Below, one piece after another: positions 11,541 to 24,258 of a DNA stretch of 64,000 bases. The stretch spans positions 149,234,001 to 149,298,000 of the forward strand of contig OZ024742.1 in the NCBI GenBank assembly GCA_964016885.1, read 5' to 3'. The notes under the pieces are model-generated. The model did not search any database. It was not told where the DNA came from and was given only the letters and a program-made list of their open reading frames with translations. Numbering within the stretch: position 1 is the first letter of the stretch; each line of letters opens with the position of its first letter. The translations under genes were made by a program, and so were the position numbers. Origin of the DNA: Eledone cirrhosa (Eukaryota).

Positions 11541-14500
11541 TGTGATGTTTTTTTTTTTGTGTGTATCACTGCAAATATATCTTAACTATATATCTTAAGT
11601 ATGGTCATTTGGTATCCAGTAAGAGTAATTAGACTCAAACCGACGTAGAGATGATCCTATTCTGAGTATCGAGCATCACTTGGTATCGATGCCTCCCAGA
11701 TGGGCATCAATACGAGAAGCGAGAGTTAAAGTAGGCAGAAAGGTCCAAACACAGTTCGTGAAGGTGTCTAAGTGTGTCTGGCTGTATAAGCATGGCGTAT
11801 GAGTGTCATTTGTCAGTGTATGTCACAAATATATAATAAAATTAGTGACAAAAAAAAAAAATCATTAAAACGATAGGCAACTTAGGTGGACTAACTAATT
11901 TTGAAACGAAAGAAAATCAGTTACGGTTGTCACGGCAACAAAATAAAACGGGTATATATGCTGATGTGTGCGTGTATGTGTGCGTTTCTACGTGTTTATT
12001 TATTAATAAGTGTGTTGGAGTTATTTTGTTGTATATGTCCGGTATCTAAATGTGTGTGAGTGTTTAAATGTGGGCGCATAGATGAGGTGTTGATACTGGA
12101 TGGGGGTGTGAAGGGCCGATGAAAGGACGGGGGGAGGGGAGGGAGGGGGAAGGAGGTGCATTAAGGCTATAGGGGTAAAGCGTGTCAAGGGTTCCGGTAC
12201 AGGAAGTGAGCCCGAACATAGTGAGCTGACGCGTGGAATGATTGGCAGAGCGGAAATGTTGGGCCACCGAGGACGATTTGGCGATCCGGATGTCCTGCAG
12301 ATGTCCTGCAGTGTCTCTGTCGACCAGTCGACGGCCAGTCTGACGAATGTAAATGGCACCGCATAGCGTGCAGCATCGGAGCACATAGACGAGACTAGCT
12401 GAAGTTCACCAAAAACAGCCCCTGACATGAAAGAGACAGCTGTTCGATGAGAGGTGAACGTGTGAGTAATGAAGCCGCATGTGTGGAAGCGGGGTTGGGA
12501 GCAGGGAAGGGATTCAGGAGAGGAGCAGGGAAGGAGGGAGGGAACTGCGGACGAGAAAGTTCTTAATGTTGCGTGCACGTTTAAAAGAGGAAGAGTGGAA
12601 TGGGGGAAGGGTGAGTTGAAGGTGTGTGTGGATGAGTGGAAGGGGTGTGTGGATGAGTGGAAGGGGGGTGTGGATGAGTGGAAGGGTGTGTGGATGAGTG
12701 GAAGGGTGTGTGGATGAGTGGAAGGGTGTGCGGATGAGTGGAAGGGTGTGTGGATGAGTGGAAGGTGGGTGTGGATGAGTGGAAGGGTGTGTGGATGAGT
12801 GGAAGGGGTGTGTGGATGAGTGGAAGGTGGGTGTGGATGAGTGGAAGGGGTGTGTGGATGAGTGGAAGGTGGGTGTGGATGAGTGGAAGGGTGTGTGGAT
12901 GAGTGGAAGGGGTGTGTGGATGAGTGGAAGGGTGTGTGGATGAGTGGAAGGGTGTGTGGATGAGTGGAAGGGGTGTGTGGATGAGTGGAAGGTGGGTGTG
13001 GATGAGTGGAAGGGTGTGTGGATGAGTGGAAGGGGTGTGTGGATGAGTGGAAGGGTGTGTGGATGAGTGGAAGGTGGGTGTGGATGAGTGGAAGGGGTGT
13101 GTGGATGAGTGGAAGGTGGGTGTGGATGAGTGGAAGGGGTGTGTGGATGAGTGGAAGGGGTGTGTGGATGAGTGGAAGGGGTGTGTGGATGAGTGGAAGG
13201 GTGTGTGGATGAGTGGAAGGGGTGTGTGGATGAATGGAAGGTGGGTGTGGATGAGTGAAAGGGGTGTGTGGATGAGTGGAAGGTGGGTGTGGATGAGTGG
13301 AAGGGGGTGGGGGGTGGATGAGTGGAAGGGGTGTGTGGATGAGTGGAAGGGGGTGGATGAGTGAAAGGGGTGTGTGGATGAGTGGAAGGGTGTGTGGATG
13401 AGTGGAAGGGGTGTGTGGATGAGTGGAAGGGTGTGTGGATGAGTGGAACGGTGTGTGGATGAGTGGAAGGGTGTGTGGATGAGTGGAAGGGTGTGTGGAT
13501 GAGTGGAAGGTGGGTGTGGATGAGTGGAAGGGGTGTGTGGATGAGTGGAAGGTGGGTGTGGATGAGTGGAAGGTGGGTGTGGATGAGTGGAAGGGGTGTG
13601 TGGATGAGTGGAAGGGTGTGTGGATGAGTGGAAGGTGGGTGTGGATGAGTGGAAGGGGTGTGTGGATGAGTGGAAGGTGGGTGTGGATGAGTGGAAGGGA
13701 TGTGTGGATGAGTGGAAGGTAGGTGTGGATGAGTGGAAGGGGTGTGTGGACGAGTGGAAGGGGTGTGTGGATGAGTGGAAGGGTGTGTGGATGAGTGGAA
13801 GGGGTGTGTGGATGAGTGAAAGGTGGGTGTGGATGAGTGGAAGGGCTGTGTGTGGATGAGTGGAAGGCGGGTGTGGATGAGTGGAAGGGGTGTGTGGATG
13901 AGTGGAAGGGTGTGTGGATGAGTGGAAGGTGGGTGTGGATGAGTGGAAGGGGTGTGTGGATGAGTGGAAGGTGGGTGTGGATGAGTGGAAGGGATGTGTG
14001 GATGAGTGGAAGGTAGGTGTGGATGAGTGGAAGGGGTGTGTGGACGAGTGGAAGGGGTGTGTGGATGAGTGGAAGGGTGTGTGGATGAGTGGAAGGGGTG
14101 TGTGGATGAGTGAAAGGTGGGTGTGGATGAGTGGAAGGGCTGTGTGTGGATGAGTGGAAGGCGGGTGTGGATGAGTGGAAGGTGGGTGTGGATGAGTGGA
14201 AGGCGGGTGTGGATGAGTGGAAGGGCTGTGTGTGGATGGATCCGACAGGAGGCGGCGGAAGAGGCGGAGGATTGTCTTTGGAGGGGCAAGGTGGAAGGGT
14301 TGTAGGTAAAGGGAAATGGTAGCCGGTTGGTGAGGGGGTGGGTGGGGTGGGGGCGTGCTTTAAGAACAGAGGTACGGTCGACTCCACGGGCACGGATGAG
14401 GGCGGCTTATATCAAGGTGTGTGTGTGTGTGTGTGGGGGGGGGGGGGGGGTTCTCACCGGGTGAAGAGTCAAACCATGTAATAAGCCTGCACAGACGGCG

Positions 14501-14600
14501 GAGACGAAGGAACTAAGAGTAGGGGATGGAGTGTTTGGTGTTGGTGGGATGGGAGGAGGTTAAGTGGAGTTGGGCGTGGGAGTCGGTAGGTTTAAAGAAC
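11400..14600 (-). mobile_element. Decayed Penelope-like retroelement (RT C-terminus, linker, GIY-YIG endonuclease, 3' pLTR-like region)
   Basis: KPTDSHAQLHLTSSHPTNTKHSIPYS*FLRLRRLC at ~14490-14595, FTYNPSTLPL, FKRARNIKNFLVRS, and CTLCGAIYIRQTGRRL..HLQDIR..SSVAQHFRSANHS at 12064-12384. Degenerate hammerhead CTGACGA-AGGGCtaaaGTCC-GATAC at ~11415-11446. Confidence 0.88.
12620..14238. repeat. 19-20 bp G-rich minisatellite (GGATGAGTGGAAGGGGTGTGT-like) inside the Penelope ORF
   Basis: Direct tandem array of variant units, with a 294-bp higher-order duplication in its right part. Confidence 0.97.
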
Positions 14601-14647
14601 ATATATATATGTATGATATATGTGTTTTGTTTGTTTCATTTATTAAG

Positions 14648-14699
<52 letters not shown>

Positions 14700-14988
14700 C
14701 GTGCGTGCGTGTGGGAGTATGAACAGGCAAACACAGCAGTAATTTTGCCGATGGGACTCTGGGTGAATGACAGCTTATGGTCAGTGGGCAGAATTATGAT
14801 GACGTCACTAACCAGTGACCAACCCAAGGACGCGTAAACAAGATGAAGGTGGACGATATAGACCCGTAGGGTCAGAACCACCGAAAGAGGATCTGCTCCG
14901 AAATCAATAGACGTGTCTGAGGAACCTGCGAATCCAGAGTCAGGTCGATCTACACAGAGATCGTTCCTCGAGCTGTTCACCGGAGAAA

Positions 14989-15041
<53 letters not shown>

Positions 15042-15089
15042 ATGAAATGACAGGAGGCTGGATTTGTGTAAATCCTTGAAAGGTTTATT

Positions 15090-15147
15090 ATACTATGATC
15101 ATTTCAATGACCGGGTTCCGTATGAATCCGGTGATATCATCAGGTAT
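15090..15147 (-). ncRNA. Minimal type-I hammerhead ribozyme
   Basis: Minus strand: ATAC-CTGATGA-T-ATCACCGGATTC atacg GAACCCGGTCAT-T-GAAAT GATC ATA-GTAT, followed by AATAAA. Helix III is the palindrome ATGATCAT. Confidence 0.75.
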
Positions 15148-15803
15148 TCGAAATATAATACGTGAATGTAATAGGTAAAATCCATGGGGCTGAAAATCGA
15201 GACCCGAGGGCGACCGCTATTCTGTTCCTTCAACCTCAGCCGGTCGCCCTGGAGTGACGTGGCTAAATTTTATAGTATGCTACTACCGGTCAGATGAACG
15301 AAAACAGAAAGAGATGGGAGCATAGGTTAACGTCGATCCCATGACACAAGGTAAAAGAAAGAAAGAAAGGAAGGAGAAGAAGGGGGAAGAAAGAAGAAGA
15401 GAAGTCAGGGTTAATGTCAGCTAAAAGAGGAAGGTAACTACTACTGGTCAGATATAGGCAAGCAAGAGGGGGAAGGAATATAAGTCTGCAGGGAGGAGGA
15501 GAGGAGAGAAGGAAGGGAAGAGAGAAGTAGAAAAGTAAGGGTTGATGGCTACAAGAAGGAAGATAGAAAGGAAGAGGAAGAAAGGTCGATATTAATGTCA
15601 GACCACAGTCAAGCCAGGAGTGACGCGAGAAAATTTTCACAGGGACCCGCATCTTAGCGGAGATGGATATATTGGGAGTCAGTGTTTTACAGTGTTTAGA
15701 CTTCTAGGATGAAGTTAAAAAAATTTAATAATCAATATTCAATATTAAAGAGGTTAGAAAATTTAAAGTTCAACAGTTTAACAATTAATTATATAATAGT
15801 TCT

Positions 15804-15843
<40 letters not shown>

Positions 15844-15844
15844 A

Positions 15845-16162
15845 GAAAAAACACATCATACAAACACACACAACGACGCAAGTGCAAACACATACGCAGA
15901 CACGAAACACGAAAAACGCCCCCACAAAACAAATAAAGACAAGACAAGATGGAGTTTGAAGTTTAAGATCAGGAAAAAGAGGAGGTACAAAACACATAAT
16001 CATTGAGGAAGTCACAGAATGTGTGACGCAAGAACAAAGAACTTAGACAAACGAATGAATAACGAACAATAAAGATCTTTATCTTTAAAGTGAAAATTAT
16101 ATGGTGCGTGTGTTTCTTTCTATTGGCAATATTGGCGACATGACCATCCCCCAAACAAAACC

Positions 16163-16199
<37 letters not shown>

Positions 16200-16800
16200 C
16201 GGTTTTGCTTTGCAAGATTATTGATGTGAAATTGTGTGTTGAAACCGATATTGTTATATTTGGGGATGGTCATCTCACCAATATTGCCAATAGAAAGAAA
16301 CACACGCACCATATAATTTTCACTTTATCTTTATTGTTCGTTATTCATTCGTTTGTCTAAGTCCTTTGTTCTTGCGTCACACATTCTGTGACTTCCTCAA
16401 TGATTATGTGTTTTGTACCTCCGCTTTTTCCTGGTCTTAAACTTCTACTCCATCTTGTTTTTATTTGTTTTGTGGTGCGTTTTTCGTGTTTCGTGTCTGC
16501 GTATGTGTTTGCACTTGCGTCGTTGTGTGTGTTTGTATGATGTGTTTTTGTGTTTGTCATGTCTACGTGTGTTATATGTGTGTGAGGGTTTGTATCGTTT
16601 GCTGTTTTGCTGTTGGTGTCTTTTTTTTCTCTATTCGGTTTTCAGTCGTTAAGTTGCGGGCTGTTACTATTCCACTCGTGTTTTCTGTTTTGACTAGGAC
16701 TATTTTCTATTATTATGTGTGTGGCCTCCGTAATTTGTCTGAGTATTGCGTCAGTTCTATGTTTTATATATTAAAGACGCGCATTTAATTCCATTTATTA
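15845..16800. mobile_element. Tail-to-tail pair of TA-embedded repeat family P (Penelope pLTR-like)
   Basis: 15845-16165 is an inverted copy of ~16195-16550 around a central (TA)n. The same family occurs at 36622-36852, 51121-51736 and 51930-52240. Confidence 0.75.
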
Positions 16801-16921
16801 GAAAATGAAATGCCCTACGTTAAATTGTAGGTTCACATACACCCTTCCCCACATACATACATACATACATACATACATACATACATACATACATACATAC
16901 ATACATACATACATACATACA

Positions 16922-17887
16922 TGGTGGCTGCCAACTCGTTTTCGAGTACGGCCACTACTTTATATCCATGTAGGAGAACCCCTACCGATGCGCTGAACGA
17001 GTGTGACTTTTTAGTCCAGCCAGCAACTTGAAAGCTCTGGTACAAACACTACACTTGTGACAATTATTGACACATAGTGCTGGGCCCATGGTACCATGTG
17101 ACGACAAGTGCAGAAAGATCTCCAGATATAAAGCAATGCCTGTGCTGTGGAGCTTTTATAGTGAGCAAAGGCACTGCACAAAGCCAGTCCCACTCTCTTA
17201 ACCAAGATGATATTTACCAAAAAGAAGAACAAGTCAACATCATTGGAAACCATCAGGGTTGCAGGTGTTATATCAGAGTTTTCCTTCTCCTAGAATTCTG
17301 CCTTGACAAAGGCTAAGGGGTCATCTCTCCCGACATACATACATACATACATACATACATACATACATACATACATACATACATACATACATACATACAT
17401 ACATGAGGGCTGCAACTCAATTTCGAGTAATGCCATCGCTTGATACTTAAGCATGAGCATCATGGACGTGGTCTTTTAGTCCTACTAGCGACTTGCCTAT
17501 GGCCTGCAATGTCATATATCAAGCGATGCCTGTGCTTGAAGCTTTTTTTAAGTGAGGAAATGCTTTGCACGGGCACTCTCTGAACATCGGATGTAAAAAA
17601 AGAACTGGTCTACATCATTGGATACACACGAAGTCGAAGGTTTTATATCAGAGTGGCCTTCTCCTAGACCTTCTCTTACCCAAGAAAAATAAAACTTTAT
17701 TGGATGGCCGTTGACTCTCCTGAGTTCCTCCGCCCTTTAGTGGATTTTGTTTTTCCTCCCGCAAGGTGTTCAAAATCACTCTCCTCACTAAGCAAGCTTG
17801 GTTATGTTGTTGGTTTTGTCGCCGACGACCCGATCATACAACAGGTTGTACTGGGTTACATGTTACCAGTAGCACTCAAGAGTGACC
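16922..17887 (-). mobile_element. Tandem pair of the (ATGT)n-embedded retroposon (young truncated copy 16922-17333; older subfamily copy 17404-17887)
   Basis: Reverse complement of the 48-50 kb copies; separated and flanked by (ACAT)n. Confidence 0.85.
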
Positions 17888-17907
17888 ATACATACATACA
17901 TACATAC

Positions 17908-17938
<31 letters not shown>

Positions 17939-17984
17939 CATACATACATACATACATACATACATACATACATACCTACACCCT

Positions 17985-18415
17985 GACTATACCTTCAGAT
18001 TTATGCCTGTGATTATTGGGAAACTGGGATATGTTAGTAACTGCCTCAATACAAATCTTGAGAAGCTGGGCTTCACAGAAATAGAAAGAACACAACTAGT
18101 TAGGAAATTACAAGTACAATCCATTAATGGAACAGTAAAAATATGTAAAAAATTCCAAACATTCTGCATTTAATAACTGCATATATACACTTGTACAGAT
18201 ACAAAGCATATACACATGCACACATACAACTCAAAACATCCACATCCACACATATAATAACATCCATACTTGTACACACAGCATGCATGCAGACATACAT
18301 ACATATCTACCTAGTTGATGTTGTGTAAATTCCAATGAGAGAGTCTTGTGTCTATGTGAGAAACCGACTCTCTCTCTATTGGCAAACATTTGTGAAATTA
18401 TAAAACCAGAAGAAC
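17985..18415 (+). mobile_element. R4/Dong-like RLE retrotransposon 3' end in (ACAT)n
   Basis: MPVIIGKLGYV..LEKLGF..LVRKLQVQSINGTVKICKKF* resembles RLE-element C-termini; ACAT repeats on both sides. Confidence 0.55.
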
Positions 18416-19049
18416 ATACATACTTTCATACCTACATTCAGACATATGCATACATACATTCCTTGGGAACAGGAAAAATGTCAAGTAGAAAAAATTATGT
18501 GCTAAGGGAAAAACAATATTATTCATTAAGAAATATTGTTTTGAGAAATTCATGTTAATCCGCTTAGAACAAGTGTAGGTTTGTACGTTGACAAATTCCA
18601 CGGAGATCAGGCTCTCTCTCCTGATACATTCCAGTTTAACTTGATTGAATACTTCATAATTCTCAAAAAGAGTGACGTTAAAAGTGAAGGAACATAACAA
18701 TGGAGACTTAAATATTAAGAAGATCAAGAGTTTTAATCCGATTGTGAGTCAATATAATTGTCAGTTGAGAGTTTTAATTCTCGCAGGTGGAGGTAAAACA
18801 AAACAAAAATATCTTGTGTAATTATTAATTTCTAATTTAGGTACAAGGAGAGAAAAATTTGAGGAAGGACAAAGTTGATTAAATGAACCCCAGTGCTTAA
18901 TTGGTACTTTATTTTACCGACCCCGGAAAGATGACGTCGGTGGGATTTGAACCCAGAACGTAGAAAGTCATAAATAAATACCGCAAATCATTTTGTTTGA
19001 CATTCTACTGATACTACTAACCCACTGCTCTTATATGGATGCAATTATT

Positions 19050-19445
19050 GATATGGGGGCCGAGTCAAAGATTTCGCTTCGATTTCAGCTTGAGCCATGT
19101 TGTTTGACTTAAGGAGTAGAAAATGGGAAGTTGAACCTCTGTCGCCAGAAACGACGGAGTGTTCCAGTTGATTCAATAAACGGAACTTCCGGCTTGTGAA
19201 ATTAACGTATAAGTAGCTAAGTAGTCGACAGACACGTTCACCCTTAATGTAGTACTCAGGGAGATTCAGCAAGATACAATGTGTGACATGGTTGGCCCAT
19301 TGAATTACAGGTAGAACTCATTATTGCTGCCAGCTGAGTGGACTGAAACAACATGAAATAACGGACACAAAGCGCCGCCTGGTTCGGTATTCGAACTCAC
19401 GACCTTACGATCATGAGCCCAGCACCGTAACCATTTCACCACACG
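19050..19445 (-). mobile_element. tRNA-derived SINE, family B
   Basis: tRNA-like head (GGTCGTGAGTTCGAAT). Body shared with 4915-5120 (+), 39130-39270 (+) and 41080-41340 (-). Confidence 0.75.
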
Positions 19446-19641
19446 TATTAAGAAACTACATTGCAGATTTATCTTACCAGGGATGCCAATTTCATACATA
19501 AACTGTTGATTTTTATTTGACTAAGCTCAGTTTCTACATTTTAACACGAGGGAATTTAATTGGAACTTTCATTGTTTTTCGAGTGTATCAAATTGCGCAG
19601 TGTATTCATTCATGCATTGAAAGCTTATCTTATTGTTTATT

Positions 19642-19705
<64 letters not shown>

Positions 19706-21039
19706 GGATATTTATTCATAACCCACAGTGTATTGGTTGTGATTTTAGTATTTTATGAATAGGTATTGTTTCTTTTTAACTCATTTTTTATTTTATTTTA
19801 GAAAGAACGCCAAGGTGAAACATCTAAATGCCTGAATTCCATTCCACAAAAGAAACATCTCAGTTTTCTTCCATTTTGAGAGGAGCTTCTCTCAAGCCGT
19901 GCCCATAGTTAGTCTTGTTCTACCTGTACATTGTTCTCAAATTAAACACAGCCTGCAGAATGAGTCTCAGCAGATGGTGTGCTAATTTGTAAGCTGTCCA
20001 TTGTACTAGCTTGCCGAAGAGATTCTAAAAAAATATGAATGGATAAATTTCGGACATCAAATTGTAAATGCAGGATTTTTATCTCGTCAATTAAAGCTGG
20101 TAGTTGCTGTTGCTATTGTTTAGTCTAGATCAACACTAATCGAGCAGGCATGTGACGAAAGACTTTCCAGCTGTGTTTCAATTGTCCCCCCCCCCCCCCC
20201 CCCCCCCCCCACACCCGTCTTACTCTTACTCTTACTCTTACTCCCTGTGTAGTAAATAAATATATACATATATACCAGGTCCGAACACAATGGAACCAAA
20301 CTCCCACTGTCACTGCCTCCCTCTGTCCCGCTTTCTCCACCTCTCACTATTATTCGGTGGTATCTATGTCTACATTATCTAATATGTCTTTTCCCTTTTT
20401 TAATATAACAGGATATGATATAAGATAAAATTGGTTGATATTTGTAACAAATCGAGTGATTAAGTAAAGGCTCCCTCCTTGGTTATAATCAAGTTATAAT
20501 CACTGTTGCTGATCGAACACACCTAAGATAAAAACCATTCCATCTGTGACTATCCTGTTTTCTTGTTGTGTATCTAGGGCTACACTACCTATATTTAAAT
20601 ATTTCTGCTCTTTATTTAAGATCTTAACGAAACTAGGTTGCCGCTCCTAACAGGTCGAGCAGCCTCGTTGGTTTGGATGCTGCGCTGAAATCGAAACCAC
20701 TCTCAGACCAAAATAGAACAAAGTATAAAATAATTAGAATAACGTCTCTACAGCTCTTAGGTTAAGGAGCGGAAAGATTGAGTTATATATTTCAATATGT
20801 TGCTGTATAGTGCCTCGTTTATTACACCTAAGTAACACATAAGTGACAGGTGTAGAGAATGACATTTCAGATCTTAAGAAATGTTATGTAATTTACTAAG
20901 TATGTACGTATTCATAACGAGCGCATGTGTGACTGTATGAATTTTGAATATGATTGTGTGTGAGTTCGGCCGCATGCATTTCAATACGCATTCTAACTCA
21001 GGATTAGTTAGTGAGTGGCAGCAGGAGAAATATGATGGT

Positions 21040-21426
21040 TTCTGATTTAGGCACAGAGCCAACAATTTTTTCGGAGGTGAAAGTCGATTAAATCGATCCC
21101 AGTACATTACTGGTACTTTATTTTATCATCCCTGTAAGGATGAAAGGCAAAGTTAACCTCGGCGTCATTTGAACTTAGAACGTAAAGGTCCGTAACTCTA
21201 TCCCACAAAGCATATTGTTCGACGCTCTACCGATGCTGCCAATATAATTGTTTCTACTTTTGGCACAAGGCCAGCAAATACCCCAGTGCATTACTGGTAC
21301 TTTATTTTATCGACCCCGTAAGGATGAAAGGCAAAGTTAACCTCGGCGGAATTTGAACTCAGACCGTAAAGGGCCGTAAATCTATGCTGCAAAGCATGGT
21401 GACCGACTCTCTACCGATACTGCCAA
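21040..21426 (-). mobile_element. Two tandem family-A SINEs
   Basis: Two consecutive copies with core and B box. Confidence 0.82.
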
Positions 21427-21520
21427 TAAGTCTAACACTTTCTATATGAAGCTATGGCAGTATTTGTATTAGTTGTGATGATAACTCCACAGTATGTCTC
21501 AATCACTTCTATCCATCCAC

Positions 21521-21592
<72 letters not shown>

Positions 21593-22416
21593 AGAGGAAG
21601 ATGAACTGGCCAGTCTGTTCGGTAGGACCTTCCGCCCGGGACCGATGGACAACTTCCAAAAGTCCCTGGCCTGGCAGTGCTACCGAGGAGCTCTACCAGT
21701 TCGAGACAAGCTCTACAGACATGGGCGCCCGAGCAGGAACCCTGCAAAAAAGATCTGTCCGAGGTGCGTGCGTAACGAAGAAACCATCGCGCACGCATTC
21801 ATACACTGCCCGGGCGTCACTGACCTGTGGAGCTATGTAGAACGACTATTGTCGCGAGTGGGACCAATCCGGTTGACCACCGAGTCCATTGTCATGATCA
21901 AACCGCCACCCTCCTTCAAAAACGAAGGAGAGGCGGTTTTCCTTTGTGTGATAGCTATGGCGAAAGAGGTTGTATGGTGGACAAGGTTGAAAGGGCTGAG
22001 GTCAGACACCTTTCTCTCCGACCAACAACTGGTTCTTTTTTTCAAATACCACTTTGGAAGAAGAATCAGGATGGAGAGAGAGGTCCTGTACCCCAGCAAA
22101 TTTTATGAAAGGTGGGTGAAAGTGGCGAGAATGGCCCGAGTGAATGGGCCTTCTCTCTATATCAGCCTGTAGGTTGAGGAAAAGGAGGAGGAGAGGAAAG
22201 GAGTACAAACTCTTCGTACTCCTGGAGTTGAGGGTTGCACATTTTTTCGGGGGTATGTGTTACCCATATGAACTGTCTCCCCCTATTGAGGAAAATCGAC
22301 TAACTTTTTAAATTGCATTTGTGATAATATTTTACACGTTTTTATTGTATGTAAACTTCCCCCGTTGTATTTGTTCCCTTCTTTTGTGCCCCTGTGGCTA
22401 ATACTAATAAAGAAAC
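21593..22416 (+). mobile_element. L1/Tx1-clade LINE 3' fragment (zf-RVT) inserted in (ATCT)n
   Basis: LAWQCYRGALPVRDKL..CPRC..EETIAHAFIHC zinc knuckle. 3' UTR ends in AATAAAGAAA, with (ATCT)n on both sides. Confidence 0.85.
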
Positions 22417-22739
22417 ATATCTATCTATCTATCTATCTGTCTATCTATCTATCTATCTATCCCATGGTTACTCTCTCTCACCCCTCCCTCTCCCTCTCAC
22501 TTTCTCACAAACACACATAATGCACCTTATTAACATAGCGGAAAGCGCTTTTGGTGAACGCACATTGGCCGTGCCTACTTTTCTTTAGTCGTTGACCTCT
22601 TGCCATATCCTTATCAACAGGGATCTCCACAAAAACAACTGAACCTAGTGTGATCGGTGAGCGCGAGGCGGCCTACACGTCATGGAACCAGCTCGGCGAC
22701 CGCCCATTGAAAATCCACCTCCTCTCTCCCCTGTAGACG

Positions 22740-23480
22740 TCCAGTACCTCCAAAACAAATGGGACGCCTCTTTTGCTATACGATTTCAGATAGGCTAGTG
22801 CGCCAGCTCTACCACCGCCATCTGGTATGTTACCGCTCGGTCTCCCAACCACACAGTAGTGCTTGTCTCAACGCAGTTCCAACACGTGCGACTGGCATTC
22901 AGATGGACGGCGACAGCTTGCATATCGGTGTTTTCCTGAAGCCCAGCCCCCACATCTGTGAGCTTCACAAATGTGGTACCATTGTGGATTGTTTCGGTCT
23001 CCACTCACTGTCATGACGTTACAGTGCTGGCTGCCTACCACGCTATGCTGCTCTCAACGAGATCATAAAGCATGGCTTGGACGGCGCAAGCTTCCCTTCC
23101 CTAGACCGAGGGGACGGCAAAAGGCCAGACGGCATAACATTGTTCTCGTTCAGCGGGAGTAGACTCCTCATCTGGAATGCTACATGCTGTGACATCTTCT
23201 CTAGTGGCAACCTGATGCATTCGGCTACCAGCCCAGGCTTTGCTGCCCACCAGGCCGAAGAGAAAAAAACTGTGGAAGTATCGGCCGCTCTCTGAGAGGT
23301 TTGTGGTAGAAACTGTAGCAGTGGAGACTTCCGGTGTTTTTGGCCCCCAGACTACATCCCTACTCACTGTTATGGGAGTCGGCTTCCCTCAGGTGTGAGC
23401 CCCGCGAGGTGGAATAGCTGTTCCAGCGCATCTTCCTCGCCGTCCTTTGGGGGCATTGTATCCTCCATCCTGTCGGCTGG
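22740..23480 (+). mobile_element. CRE-like non-LTR retrotransposon C-terminal restriction-like endonuclease fragment
   Basis: ACLNAVP, HKC..G..VD..GLH, DGKRPDGITLF..LLIWNATC, AVETSGVFG and FQRIFLAVLWG. Confidence 0.75.
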
Positions 23481-24061
23481 GACCAAGCGGCGAAGGGTAA
23501 GTTAGTTAGAGGTGGAGAATACTCGTTCGGACGTCACACATATTCACACCTACATAAAATACACGTTAGTTGTCACTTCTATCCATTCCTTTTCTCATAT
23601 AGCTTGGATTACATTTCAAGGTCTGGGCCAGAAATGACGTTGACCTCCAACAATTATCGACATTCTATAAAAAAACTAAGGTGAGATCTACAACAGAGTA
23701 CTGCTCTGTGTGTGTGTATGTGGTGGGGTATGTACACGCGTGCGCCTATTAAAAGTTAGACATTCTGTTTTTGCATGACATTTATTTGTTTTGCCATAAC
23801 ATGCTTCTTCAAGTAATGTCAGATAAGGCCTATTATAGACCTGCCAACCTCTAAAAACCCAAACGGGGAGTACCATATAAAATATTTGTTACATTTACTG
23901 AACTTCTGCAGCATACAACAACGAATCATATCTTTTTAGTTTGTACCGATCCGAATCTAAGGGAAAAATCATTTGCCCAAAGTGTCCTGCGGAGGGATCG
24001 AACCAAGGACTCCATAATTGCAAAACACTACACACACTAACACACATTGACAACAATACAT

Positions 24062-24258
24062 CAGACCTGCCAACCTCTAAAAACCCAAACGGGGAGTACC
24101 ACGAAAAAAAGTGCCCTCAAACGGGGAGAAATAAGGCAAAATGGGGAGATTTTACATAATGAAAGCTATACCCATTTTCACAAGAAAAGACATTTCTCCT
24201 CCACCCCAAAGTGGGTGGGATATCTCCCCGTCGGACGGGGGAGAGCTGACAGGTCTAC
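24062..24258. mobile_element. hAT (Blackjack-like) MITE
   Basis: CAGACCTGCCAAC ... GCTGACAGGTCTA TIRs; left end duplicated at ~23836-23875. Confidence 0.6.

Noticed and set aside
12620-14238. CRISPR-like array
   Set aside because: No unique spacers, no cas genes, eukaryotic context. The same applies to the 55-bp and 34-bp repeats.
12021-14393. 790-aa and 591-aa His/Pro/Thr-rich ORFs
   Set aside because: Minisatellite read-through; only the flanks are genuine, decayed Penelope coding sequence.
17011-17316. Recurrent 79-80 aa ORFs shared by several loci
   Set aside because: Identity reflects recent copies of a non-coding repeat; the ORFs are open on both strands with no recognisable domain.
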